Assembly: GCA_965153455.1 (NCBI GenBank)
Contig: OZ234493.1
Span: forward strand, 23,364,213 to 23,428,212
DNA length: 64,000 nucleotides
Direction of reading: 5' to 3'
Source of the DNA: Sphagnum compactum
Taxonomy: Eukaryota
Under the pieces are notes generated by a model. That model saw only the letters and a list, made by a program, of their open reading frames with translations. It had not been told where the DNA came from and did no database searches. Below are positions 40,550 through 53,772 of this stretch, in pieces. The position numbers and the translations under genes are program-made. Positions within the stretch are counted from its first letter, which is position 1; each line of letters opens with the position of its first letter.

Positions 40550-41620
40550 GATTTAAGGTTTGATAGAATGCTTACCACATTCTTGTTCATTTTGTAAGCT
40601 TTCATCTCCCCTTTTCAAATTCTTGAAATGTTGTTTGAATGTTTTCTCATGAGATTTGGTCCTATTCTTGTCAATTTGAACTTGATTTGTGTTGATGTGG
40701 TCCATGGCATCCATGATAATTTTACCATTTTCATTATCAACTTCAATGATCAATAGGAACATTGATGTTTTTTTCTTTTGACTCTAAGTCTTCCAAAAGT
40801 TACAATTGTTAATATTTTAGGCGTTGGATGTGTGCTGGTTCTTGCAAATGTCATAAAATTAAATTCATCGAGGTTCATAAATGTAGGACATTAAGGAGTG
40901 CCATTATCTAATCCAAAGGATTGTGAAAAGGCATCTAAGTTGATTGCATTGTGTGTAGTAGCTCCATGATTATTTCCCTAGTTGAATTGAGGAGTTTCTT
41001 GGCTTTCATCTAAAACATCATCTTTTACTAGCAATTCTTGTATCAACGATCATTAGGTTGTGCAAGAAAATGTTCAACCTCTTCTTCTTTCTATTGTACA
41101 TAGATTCCATCGCCTTTTGTTTACATATCCCTTAGGTGGATTGGAGCATTAATGTTTTTTCCCCCTTGGAAAACCTCAATTGTTTTATAACAATTTTCAT
41201 TGAAATGACTTGACAAATGGAGTATGTCTTGTTTTTCCATTGTCAAATCCCAATATGAAGTGTTACGACCAATGCCTTTGTGATAATCAAATATTTGTTT
41301 ATAATTGCCATTTATGTAGTTCCACTTGTCCTCGCACGTCTTGTTGATTCTTGGAGTCTTTGAACGTGTGATTATTTGTTGGTCTTTTGATAACTTGTTC
41401 CACCTTTGTGTTGTAGGTATCATGTTTGTTCACATATTAACAACTTCTTTCAAAGCAATATGCTTTTTGTGATTACAATTAGTTAGGGCCATTGCCTCCT
41501 CATGACTCTAATTCGTGTTGCATTGGTGGGAAGGACCTTCACTTTTTCGACCTTTTCCTTTGACTCTTGTTCTCATGTGATTTGAAGAATTGTTTCTTGA
41601 ATTATCCATTTCATCCATTT
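40550..41620 (-). pseudogene. Decayed Myb/SANT-like (trihelix-type) DNA-binding ORF, probably transposon-derived
   Basis: N*SHEEAMAL (first Trp mutated to a stop), QRWNKLS, TCEDKWNYINGNYKQIFDY...SYWDLT..Q..LHLSSHF, then a C-terminal coiled-coil-like piece at 40553-40762. Multiple stops and frameshifts. Confidence 0.75.
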
Positions 41621-44600
41621 CCTTTTGGCTTCAATTGTGTTGTTATAAGATGTTTTTGCCTTTTTTGCATGTTTTTTACTATTGTTTGGTGTTGAATTGA
41701 CTCTTGCTAAATTACCCATTGGTGTTAAGAATTTGTGATGATGACATTATGAAAGATGCATACATGGAGATGATAGATGTAAAAAGACAAATGTGTTATT
41801 GCCGTGAGAGGCGCAAAATTTGCAAAAATGATAGATGTAGAAAAACAGAAATGATGTTACAACACAAAATGACAGATGCAAAAACATGTTTTTCACTTTC
41901 ACTACATCCAATTTTTTAGGAAATTTGTGATTGTAAAGTAGAAGTGAAAAAGTGAAAAAGAAAAAAAATATTTCCTTGAAATATTTCAAAATGGTTAAGG
42001 TACTATGATAAGTCTTCAATTCACTTTTCATGATAATTCTTGGTTGGGATTACATGGCTAAAGTGAACTAGCACCGACAGTGATACTTTCACCTTCTTGA
42101 ATGAAACTTCTTAGTGGTTAAATTAAATTCCTTTGAAATGTTAAATTTGGAATCATAGTAATGATTTAATCTAAGTGTGGGATATTTATAATAGTTTGAA
42201 GCAATCTAAATGAAATTTGGGTTTTTTGGCATGGTACTAATGTAGGTGTTGGTTCACCAAAGGCAAGATCACACAAATTATAAAATGAAATTTGGAACAA
42301 AGGAAAAAGGTGACACTTCATGCATAAATAAGAGGGATTAGGAAGAACAAATTTATGGGCATTACAAGCATAAACATTTTGGTCACACACCCATGGGCCA
42401 CATACTCCCACATGTTGGAACAAGGTTCAACCATGCTAATAGGAGCCAACTTGTCCACTTAGACTTGTACTTTTCCACTATTTTTTCCAAGAATATTCTT
42501 GAAATATATTCGATACCATTTAGAAATTTTTATTATTTTTCAAAATTTTGTTAATATTTTTATGTTAAGGTTAATATTAAAAATTTGTCAAACATATGTC
42601 ATCTAAAAGAATTCAAATTGTGTGTTGTGTGTTTTGATGTTTAATTATTGTTCAAAAACACTAGTTACATAACATAAAAAATTAATTGTGTATTTTTTGT
42701 TCATTAAATTGATTTTTTTAAATTTTTGAATATGTGTGAAAATATATTGGATATAACATTGTATAAAAACAAGTCTTTTTTTTAATAATTTGAAATATTC
42801 AAAATTGAACAGTGGTTATAATCGTTAATGAGACATGTTAGTGCAATCACACCCAACATTTAAATGTATCTTTTGTTATTAAATACACATGCATTGCATT
42901 TTTCTTAGACTTTATTATTCTACATGGACTTACTTTATGTGCCACGATATAAGTACACATCACTTAATTACTTGATAACCTTCATATATTGGATTGCATG
43001 TTTGCAACCCAAAAGATATCATAGGTACTTGCTTACAATAATTGAAAAGTTATGATATATTTAGTGTGTAGTTCATCAACGTATTTTTGGTTGGAAAGGT
43101 TTTTTTTTAAAAAAAAACTTTCAAAAGGAAGAAAAGTAAAAATTGCAAGTATGGAGCATGTGTACACATATACATGTAACTTATAATTATAATTATGTAC
43201 AAGTAGTGTACTTCATTTATATATAATCATTTTACAAAGCTTGCATATTTTTAATTGTTTTATTTAGTTATATTTATGTTTTCAAGACTTTTCATGGGTC
43301 TAGTTTATTTTTAGATTTTTACTAAATCAATGTCCAAAGTAATAAATAAACTTTTTGTTTTGAACTGACATCATTCCTAAATAAATGTAAGTAACCTCCC
43401 CAAGTTCAAGATTTAAATTGGACGTGTGAATTTAGTGTCGTGTGGAAAACAAAGATGTTGACCTTTGGTTGGGAACTCACATTAATGTGAGGTCCACCAA
43501 AATTGCATTCCAATATTCCATTCATGCTAAGAATTTGAAACAAAAAAACCTTTAAAAAAAAAAAATTCCACTTCACATGGGTTTAATTTCACTTGGATTC
43601 TATCATGTTTTTAAGTTTATGTTTTTACAAACATTTGATCTCATGGTTGTTCTAGTTTCAACAATTTTGTAATTTGTTGGGAATATCTAAAAGTTGCCCA
43701 CATTGCATTTTTCAAATGTATTGTGTTCATTCATTCCACTTAGTATTATTTATCCTAATCACATTTTTTTATGGACTCTCGTTATCTACTTTAATTGTTA
43801 ATTATGTCATAGGATCATTTTGTTTCCTTTTCAACTTTAGAATTGTTTAAAAAATCTCATGATGTCAATTTCATGCTTTCTATGTTTGTGATAAAATGAT
43901 TTCATTTTTGGTTATTTTTAGATGAGATGGTCATGAAACACTTCATTTTGAATTCAATGTGATTGGTATCAATAAAAATTTGGGGAACAATTGGGCAAAG
44001 ATGAATTTAGATTTGAAGAGTTAATTTGTTGAAAAAGTTGAAGAATTAATTGTTTTGAAGAAGGTGTTCATGGTGAGTAGAAGAACCAACTTCTAGATGA
44101 CATAATAGAATGGGGTAAAATCATAATCAAAAGAGCCAGCCAAGTGAGTGGACAATCCTTAAAATTGCATTTTTGAATGTTTGAAAGATCACAAGGGAAA
44201 CATAAAAGTTTGGATTGTCATAAATTTGTTGGGAATATTTTCAATTAATTGCAAAATTTACATGCTCAAAGCTTGATGCAAATCAAAAATGTTTTTGCAT
44301 GTTCAAAGCACTCAAACTTCAATAGTGGACAATCCTTATTTTTTTCAAACGTCTTTTTTTTCTACTAAATGTGCACCATCCCTTTTGAAAATTGGAGAGG
44401 ATTTTAACATTGATGATTAAAAGGGCAAAAGGACTTGAAGTAATGAAAATTATTTTTATAACCCACTTGAACACATTTGGTTCAAAAATGTTTTTAACCC
44501 TGAAAATTATGGATTTTGAAAATGTCGCTTTAACAAAAGTTGTTCATATATATATGTGATAGAAGGCATGAATGCATAATATAAATGATATAAAATCAAT

Positions 44601-46538
44601 TTTTAATTTAAATATATTTATATCTAAAATGTAGTGTTAAATGGGGTATTTGAAATATAAAATTTTAAGTTATGAACCAATGTAAAAATGACACATGTCA
44701 TGTGCAGTCCTTGGAAAAGGACTTTTATTTTGGCGCCCTTGGCTCCTTTGATCGTAATTTCATCCAATGGGCAATATTTTGTCTCACTAATGAATTTATT
44801 GAATGCATGGAACCACCTTGTAAGTTTCACTTGAAACTTCAATAGTTTTGTATAAAGATCAATCTTTATGCCTTTTACACATAAAGGTTTTGTACAATTT
44901 GGACTTTTAAACAAGTCACATGTTTACATATCTTTTGTAAGTTTTAGGCTTCAACAATGTCTTTAAAATTTTTAATGTGTCAAAAGAAAAAGTTACATCT
45001 TTTGTAGGATGCAAAAGATGATATAACACTTTATTTACTTGCAAGTGTGATTGTGTGTTTGGTAATTACGGTTATTGTTAAAGTTAAACAATTATACCCT
45101 TTGATTGGTCTCAAGGCAAAGTTATGAAAATAATCTTTTGGACTTTCAAATAATTTCAATTTATTATTTTGACAAGTGTCAATATTGAATTAGAATTGGT
45201 CACTATGTTTATTTGTTTAGATTGTTGATAACAAACAACATCTTGTTCATTCTAGGCTTTAGCCTATATTGTTATGAATTTTGTGGGTATGTGTTGGAAT
45301 AATAAGACCATATCAAGATACAAATGTTCAAGTGTTCAATCCATGCATGACCTCCATAGAAAAGGACCAAGTTTTAGCTACACACATTCTAGTTTTAATA
45401 GTGGGAGCAATTTTGATATTTTTCTAGCCTTGCCTATGATTCACATGTCCAATCAAGAACACATTCAGTCAAATCATAATGAAAAACCATGCAATTCAAA
45501 TTTTCCCAATACATCATAATGGACATTTCCATATACACAAAATTACACTTGAGAAAATCATTGAAAATTTTTTAAAATAAAAAAACCCTCCTTGGCTTGC
45601 AAAATTGTTCCATTGCTAAAAAATGAGTAATCAAACAATTTTGACACTATATTATCAAATTGTAAACAAGTTTCTATAAGTTATGCCATGTCTATACTTT
45701 CATGGTTTGGCTTCATATCATGCATGAAGTTCCAGTTTTTCAAAAAGTAAAACCTCCAACAAAAGATGGGCTTTTCTTTATTTAGGATTAGGCCCAAACT
45801 ATTTGACAAATTCCTACATGTTATGCACCCATTTGCCACTTTGCTTATATTTTAATTTGAAGACAATGTTCGACTTACATGTGCTCTCTATGGAGTGCCC
45901 TATGGTTTTTTGGCACGTTGGTTGTTTTTAACCAAGGGAAGTTTCTTCATGACCTAATAAAACAACCAAGAATGTTTAATAACAAAATGGGACTATTGTC
46001 CATTCAAGTCATGAAGACTTTAAGAAAGTGAGTTTAATTACATTAACTTGGCGTATCAAATTGACACCCCATCTATCATGATAATGGCTATCATCATTGA
46101 TGGCACCATGTGCAAAACTAACCCTAGGAGATGTATGCCTTATTATTTTAGAATGTGAAAATGGAGACATGGCAAGAAAATGGGGTGGTGTGATGGCTAC
46201 TTGTAAAACTAAAGTCCACTAGCAATTAACAAAAGGAAATATATAGCCTTAACAACTTTGAAAGAAAAGGTTTTCACAAGAAAAAGTCTTGTTTTTTTCC
46301 ACCCCCACACATTGCAACTATTATTCGATTTGACTACATTTTAATTACATTTAGTCATCTTAAGTTTGCAAGTGGTTTGTTGCACTAATTAATGGTCAAT
46401 ATTGTTCATAGTTGTTACATTCACTATGTTGTTCACTTATGAGTATAATTTGGATTTTATTTAATTATTTAATAATTTTAAATTGGTGATGTGGAAATTG
46501 AGGTAGCATTTAACTTTATTTACATACTGCATTATAGT

Positions 46539-47200
46539 GGGTTAGTGATTTTTTCAACATTTCTTTAACTATCAACATGGTACGTGAGTTGAATTATCAA
46601 CTTTTAACATGTTGAAACTATTATTTAGGAGTTGCATTTATAGTTATAACAATTTATTAAAACACATGCAACAATTTAAAACCTCACACTTATATTAAAT
46701 TGAATTAGTCAATTTTTTTCACATCTTTTCAATTATCAAAGTCGATCATTCAATTTTAAGGTATTGAAACCATTATTCACAAATTGCATTTTGCACTTAT
46801 TATAATATATTAAAACCCATGCAACTCAATATTTTGCATTTATGTTTGAATGGTTTAGTGAATTTTTTCACATGTTTTGAATTGTAAACATTTTTACATG
46901 TGCTGAATCATCCACTTTGAGTTTATTGAAACCACTATTCAAATGTTGCATATTTCACAAACTAGTATATATTGAAACACAGACAACAACTTAGTGCTTC
47001 ACATTTATACTTGAATGAGTTAGTGAATTTTTTCACATCTTTTGAACTATTAACATTTGCATATGAGTTGAATCATTCACTTTGAATGTTGTTAAATCCA
47101 TTACTAATGAATTTGCATTTTCTATTCACAACAATTTTTTTAAGTGGATGTTTAAAAATTTGGAAAGCCTCACATTTATATTTAAATGGGTTAATGATAA
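46539..47200. repeat. Degenerate tandem repeat, ~4 units of ~150-170 bp
   Basis: GTTAGTGAATTTTTTCACAT-like anchors near 46540, 46705, 46853, 47019 and 47189, each followed by TTGAAACCATTATT..TTGCATT. Confidence 0.8.
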
Positions 47201-48381
47201 TTAGGTCAAAATGTTCATGCATGCAAAATCAAGGATGCATGTAAACTTCTAAATTATATATATCTTCAAATATTAGAGTCTTATACATTTATGTAAATTA
47301 AAATGTATGTTTTTCCCTTAGTTTGTTTGAAGCATCATGGACAAGTTTATTATTATGAATGTTCATGACGCCACATTAAAAAACCCCAAAAATAATCCCT
47401 AATTTGTTCCCCATTTTTTTTGGTGTATGAAAAAAAAATCCTATGTTAAAATCTATGGATTAAAATTAAAAAATCTGAAGCATTATTATTATTACTATTA
47501 TGAAAAATTATCAATATTTTATACTTGTTATTTTTATTTTGAACATGGTTTATAAAAAACAATTGCTTGTTTTATTATAGAATTATGTTTAAATATATAA
47601 AGATGAATTTAAAAAAATTATTTAAAAAAAGAATGAAGTATAGATTGTGATAATAATAATTACATTAATGATTTTTTAATCTTTTCATTTTTTCAATTCT
47701 GTAATCTTCTTCAAGATCATCCATAAAAAAATTTAACCATGTTTTGGCTACAAACTATGTATGAAAGTACAAATTTTTAAAAATATTTTAATATTTTGGA
47801 TACAAGTCCTATAACCTATTGTAGAACTACATCATTTTAAAAAGTATAAAAATGTAAAACAAATTTAAAATCTTTTCTTGATGTTGATGGCCTATCTTAT
47901 GTTTACAAATGGTGGAAATTCATCATAGAAAAAAACTTAGTTTCATCATTTATATTTATTTTAAATTTTCAATAAAATTGGATAAGGTTTATAACAATTT
48001 CAAAGATTAAACTTAAAATTTTTCAAATAAATTTGTTGTTGGAATTGTTTCTGTGTGTAATGTTCAAATTCTTAGAATTAATTAAATTTGTTACTCATGA
48101 TGAGTAACCTTTTTTCTTTGAAAGTTGTGATTTCAATTTTTTGGCAAGTTTTTTCGTTGTTTTCATTTTTTCTTGAATTTGCACTATTTTTTGCATTTTT
48201 TCCCCAACAAGAATTGCCAAATTAGGAAAATTTGAAACAAAAAAATATGTTGGTTGTGTGTCTATTTGGGGGTGGGGGCGGGGGGGGGGGGGGTGTAATC
48301 CAATTATTTAAACCACAAGTTTCACCCAATTAATTTTATTTTACTTCTAAAAAGGAAAAAAATTTAAAATTATTTTTATAT

Positions 48382-48704
48382 GAAGTTTTCTGAATGAGAG
48401 TTGTATGACAAAAGATTGTCACGTATGGTTCGGAGGGCAGCATAGATTGACCCCTATCTATCTTCAACATGCGTGGCCCAGGAATGACCATGCATAGATT
48501 ACCTTTATTTGTGTGGTCTGTATTAGTGACAACATTCTTACTTTTATTATCTCTTCCAGTATTGGCAGGTGTATTTGCGCCTGACAAGGTAACAATGCCT
48601 TGGTCGAATTTGACTATATGTTGGCAACTCTGCAAAGACGATCAGCAGGGAACGAACCATGATAATTCACCCTCAGAGACTATACGCCAAATATCTCTAG
48701 CCAA
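48382..48704 (+). other. cox1: NUMT: mitochondrial cox1 fragment (group II intron 3' end, 113-nt exon at 48458-48570, group I intron 5' part)
   Basis: Exon encodes [37 protein letters not shown]. Upstream is domain V/VI GAGTTGTATGAC..TGTCACGTATGGTTCGGAGGG..ACCCCTAT; downstream are group I core motifs TCAGCAGGGAAC and CTCAGAGACTATACG. The exon ends in T and is 113 nt, equal to 624-511. Confidence 0.96.
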
Positions 48705-50126
48705 ATTATATATATATGTTGTGATTTGTTTTTCAAAGTTAGGTAATTAATCATTTGTATTAGTGTATGATTTGTCTTGTTAAACAAATATGGTCTTGAT
48801 ATTTGACTACTCAATTAGTGTTTTCTCTTGTGGTTAATTTCTACCAATTTAAGGGGACAACAACATTAAGAAACCATTTTTTGAAATAATTTATTTTTGT
48901 TAAATTTAAAATATATATTTTCAATGTTTTATAATAAAATATAATAAGTAACCAAATATTGAAAGATTTCAACAAATTTCCAACTACACAACTTGTCTAT
49001 AACCAAATCTGGCAATTTTCGTATGGATGATTACCATTTTAACATCAAAATAAAAAATAAAAAATTGTGTTTAATCATATTGGGGAAAATAAAAACTTGC
49101 AATTCTAAAAAAATTATACATATATTATGTATAGAAAATAAAAACTAAAAATACTTAATGAATTCATTTTTGAATTGACATTGAATTTACAAAGATTCTA
49201 GGTCAATTTAAACAAAAAATAAAAAATAAAAAATATTCATGACATGCAATTTCAAATTTATTTTTTAACATTTTAAATTTAATCTTTGTAAATTGTAGTT
49301 AATTTTTGAATACATTATTGATTAAAATATTACAATTCCTTGAACCCATTGTAGAATTATATTTTTTTATAAAAAATTTAAAAATTAATACATTTATTAA
49401 AAATATGTATTTTAAAAAGTTAGAAATTCTTTGTTGATGTTGATCGCCTTTTGTATGTTTACAAAATGGCGGAAATTCACCACAAAAAAACCTTTGGTAA
49501 CATCATTTATATTGATTTTAAATTTTCAAAAAAAATGGATAAGGTTTATGATGATCTCAAAGGTTTTGAGCTTAAATGTTTTCAAATAAATTTGATGTTG
49601 GATGTGCTTAAAGTTGAAATTATTAAAATTACTTTTAAATTTTTATTCATTAAGAGTAACTTTTTTGTTTTCAAATTTCTGATCCCAAATTTTTGGAAAG
49701 TTTTTTTTTGTTTACATTTCTCCTTGAATTTGCACTAGTATTTTCCATTTTTTTCCCAAGAAGAATTGTTAAGTTATAAAAATTTGAAACTAAAAAAACA
49801 TGTTGGTTGGGGGGAAGGGGGGATTAATTCAACTATTAAAACCCAAAATTTCACTAGATGAAATCATGTTTTTTTTACAAAGGAAACAAATGTAATATAT
49901 ATTTTTACATCATTATATCTATATATATGTTGTGATTTTTTTCCAAAGTTGTGTCATTAATCATTGGTATTAGTGTATAATTAATCTTGTTAAACAAATA
50001 TGGTCTTGATAATTAAATGGCTATAACTTTTACTTAAGTAATGTTTTTTCTTATGACCAATTTAATTTGCTAATTTAAGGGGGCAACAAAATAAAAAAAT
50101 TTATTTGAAAGAATTTTTTTGGGCCA

Positions 50127-50133
<7 letters not shown>

Positions 50134-50179
<46 letters not shown>
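50134..50179. repeat. (TA)23 microsatellite
   Basis: Directly visible. Confidence 0.95.
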
Positions 50180-50183
<4 letters not shown>

Positions 50184-51400
50184 TTTACAATAAAATATTG
50201 TAAATAACCATAAGAAATTGAAAGATTTAAACAAGTTTTCAAGTCCACAACTTGTCTATAACCAAATGTGGTAATTTTTTTATGGTTGATTACCATTTGA
50301 ACAACATCATAAAAATAAATAATAAATTTATACCTAATCATATTGGGGAAAATAAGAACTTACAATTCTTCAAAAAATGGACATATTTTATGTAATGAAT
50401 TTTTTAAAAAAATGACTTAATAAATGTACTTTTGAGTTCACATTGAATTTACAAAGATTTTAGGTCAATTTAAACAAATTTATTTGGGTTGATTTATTAG
50501 TGAAATGTTATTTTAAGTTTTTTTTTTTAACATTGTAGATTTAATTTTTGTAAATTATAATAATTTGTTTGAATATATTATTGAATAAACTTTAAAGTCA
50601 TCTTTTCCTTTGTAGCCTTTGAATAAATTTTGCAAAAGAAAATGTACGAAATTTGAATTTCTTAAACAATTTCATGCCAAACATGATAAATTTAAACTTT
50701 TTCATCATTATTATTAATGGTGGTCAAAACCTTAGTGTGTTTCCATGAGGTCTTGGGTCAATCCTTGATGGATGCATGCCTTAATGCATCTTGTACAATT
50801 GCAATTTAGAAACATATACATCATGGTGAATACACATACATGTACATCATGCTTAAATGGGGTGTTAAAACATTTTTGTCGAAACAAAAAAAAACTTGGA
50901 ATTTTCTCATGGCATGTAAATTTGTCATGCCATGACAAATTTGTAATCCATGACTCATGATCCGAGGAAAAAAAAAAGATTGAAAAAAAAGTTATATGAT
51001 GATGTGGCACATTATGCCACATCATATTACCTTGGGAACCTCATATATCCATGTCATAATTTTTAATTAAAAAATTATCTAATGCAACATGTGACTATCC
51101 AAAATGACTAAAAAACATTTCATTAAAAACGTTTTAATCAACTAGTCCTTTTTAATGAAAACCATACAAGTTGCATATTAGTGAATTTGATCCTTTTTCA
51201 TTAAAAATCCAATGAATTTGGATGGTGGAAAAAGACAAATTTTCTTCTTGTGCTTTGTGATTATTTAAGGGTGCTTTTATTTAATGGGCAACTATTTATT
51301 TTCACAAAGTATGCACATCAAAGAAAACCAACTTTGGGGAGATTGACCCATGCACCATTAATTACAAAAGATGTATTGTCTATGGTATGTGTGATTATTG

Positions 51401-51496
51401 CTCCAATTAATAAGGAGACTTGGCTGTGAACTTTTTCAAAATTCATGACTCCAATTAATAAGGAGACTTGGCTGTGAACTTTTTCAAAATTCATGA
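51401..51496. repeat. Perfect 48-bp tandem duplication
   Basis: CTCCAATTAATAAGGAGACTTGGCTGTGAACTTTTTCAAAATTCATGA at 51401-51448 and 51449-51496. Confidence 0.97.
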
Positions 51497-53772
51497 GTCA
51501 TGAAAAATGTTGGGAGAAGTTTCAATGTGTGGAGGTGACAATACTAAAGGAAACTTTCAAAATCTTCAAGAGAAGGATCAAAACTCTTGCAACATTGAAT
51601 TGGAATTAATTTGGTGATGGCGTGGAAGAACCAATAAACAAAGAAAAAGAAGTTTGTTTTCTTAGCATCAAGCCAACAACATTTTGATTGAGATTTTTCA
51701 TTTCGGTTTTGATACCACTTTTGTTGATATGTTTTGTGTTTCGTTTTGACCTCCACATCAACATTACATAGTGTTGTTTTAGAATAAAAAGTTTAACATG
51801 TACAAGAAACAACCGCTTTTTTGTAGCCAACATGAAGCATAAGAGGGAAGGGTCAAACATTGGTTCAACTTGTTTTAAGCGATTTCAATGCAAAGATTTG
51901 TAGAAACCCATCACTCCAAAATTATTGTATATCAAGTTTAACATCTACATGCATGGAATGATGTTGGCTATGGAGAAGAAAGAGGTAGCTTGGTTTGAGA
52001 AGCTAGAATTGGAACATTTTTGAAGATTTGATTGCACAATTTTGGATGTGTACAAATGTAAAAGAATTGATTTGAACTATTAGTATAAACTTCATTGTCA
52101 AAATAATCCTAGTTAGAGATTTATTTGGTTTTTTTGGGGTAGTAGTCACATGTTATGCATAAGGGTTGGTTCTTAAATACTTGTCTTGAGAATGGATGAT
52201 TATATTACATAGGTAGGGTAGGTTTTAGAGTTTAGTTTCTATAGTGACTCCAACTATGGGACAAAGAAATGGACAATACTTGTAGAGGTTCAAATGGAAC
52301 ATTTATCATTAAGGACATTGATGCAAACACAAAGGTGACTTGTGACTGAAAATAGGGTGCCATGTGCGAAGAATTTCATGTGACACTAGCTTCTTTCCCA
52401 ATTAGTGAAAATTTTTATGTGTTGTTTTGTATAGGAGAAGGGCCTGAGTACAGGGCCTTTGGTGATTTGACATCTGTGCCCAAGGCCAGTAAGCTGAAGG
52501 AACAGTTGAAAATTGCGAAAGGGCTTGTACTTAGGTCCTTTTCCTTAGTAAAGCAGAGTTGGGATTTTTTCACTTTTTAAAAATAGTGACAGGCTGGGTG
52601 ATACCTTCTGCTGGTCAGAAGATCCCAGTACAGATTGGCTGGTACCTTCCACGGTAGAAGATCCCATTTGCTGAAAACAGGTTTCTTTAGGTAGGTAAGG
52701 GAGCTGAAAACACGAAGGAAAAATCCAGGCAGTGCTTTACGTGTTTATAGTTTCTAGTTTGTTTATTCTAATGGGATTGTGCAAGGATCTCAAATTTCAA
52801 ATGCCTCCAAATTCTTTCAACAATACCCAATCTTTTTCAATAATGACAAAGTCTATGTGCATGTAATTTCAAAATTAATAACTTATGTGAATGAAAATTC
52901 CAAAATCCAGGTTGGTTATCAAATTTAAAAAATTCAATAACAAACTCATGAGTGTCGTTCTAGAACTTCTCTATATTTTCCCTGAAGATTTTTTACCCAT
53001 TAAAACAAAAATCAATAACCACGTGGTAGAATATTAATAACCAAGTGTTTTCTCAATAACCGGCCAACACAGGTAATGACAAAGGTAGGTGGGTATGGCG
53101 GGAGGCCCCCTAAACACCCCATTACTCACCCTGGTCAGGTAAATTAGTTACCAACGCCATGTCATAAAACCACGTCAACATATGTTCCCTGTTCTTTTTC
53201 TTTTGGCTAGCCTGGTGGGCCTTCATACAGCTGACCTGTCACTGAAGGAGGATAAGATATTTTCCGCGTTTTCGTGGGAAAAGTGGTTTCCAGTGGTTAG
53301 GGTTCAATCGCTTTTCCGAGCCTAGCGACATCCGTTTTGCAGGAGCCCTGTAGACAGGCTAGAGAAATTCATGGCGAGGTTCGAGACAGCTTCGGAGGCT
53401 CCGTGGGTGGTTCGTGGACTAGGCTCGGACATCGTCTCTCTCCTCTCGTCCTGCGCTCTCAGATAACTTTTCCATGTCACGCACGCAAGCTTCTCATCTT
53501 TGTGAAGTTGCCGAATCTCTCTCTCCTTTCTCTTTCTTTTCCGGGGATTGCCGGGATTTTTACAAGCGTTTTCAAGCGCTTTCGACATCTCCAAATCGTT
53601 TCGCGTTGCTTGTCCACTTCTTAGGGGCATAGATCTGCGATCGACGAATGATATTTGACACTCAGAATTTCGGTGGCGAGCAGTAACTCTGCCAGCTTTG
53701 GGACAGCTCTTCAGCGGCGTAGAAAGCTTTTTGTTTTTGGCTTTTTTTATTCTGATGTGGAAGCAGAGCCGG

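Larger units (their letters stand above)
47875..50590. repeat. Two adjacent diverged copies of an AT-rich element (~47875-49330 and ~49430-50590)
   Basis: Collinear shared anchors: TTGATGTTGAT..TATGTTTACAAA, GGATAAGGTTTAT, G-tract, CTTGTTAAACAAATATGGTCTTGATA, CAACTTGTCTATAACCAAAT, ACATTGAATTTACAAAGATT.TAGGTCAATTTAAACAAA. Confidence 0.9.

Noticed and set aside
42166..46250. Possible further decayed transposase (weak VQSMHDL similarity to a CACTA-type D.MH motif)
   Set aside because: Too degraded; no second motif or terminal repeat found. A translated HMM search would be needed.
48469..48750. 93-aa ORF as a functional nuclear cox1 gene or intron-encoded protein
   Set aside because: Only one exon fragment running into intron and AT-rich flank; no targeting peptide, maturase or homing-endonuclease motifs.
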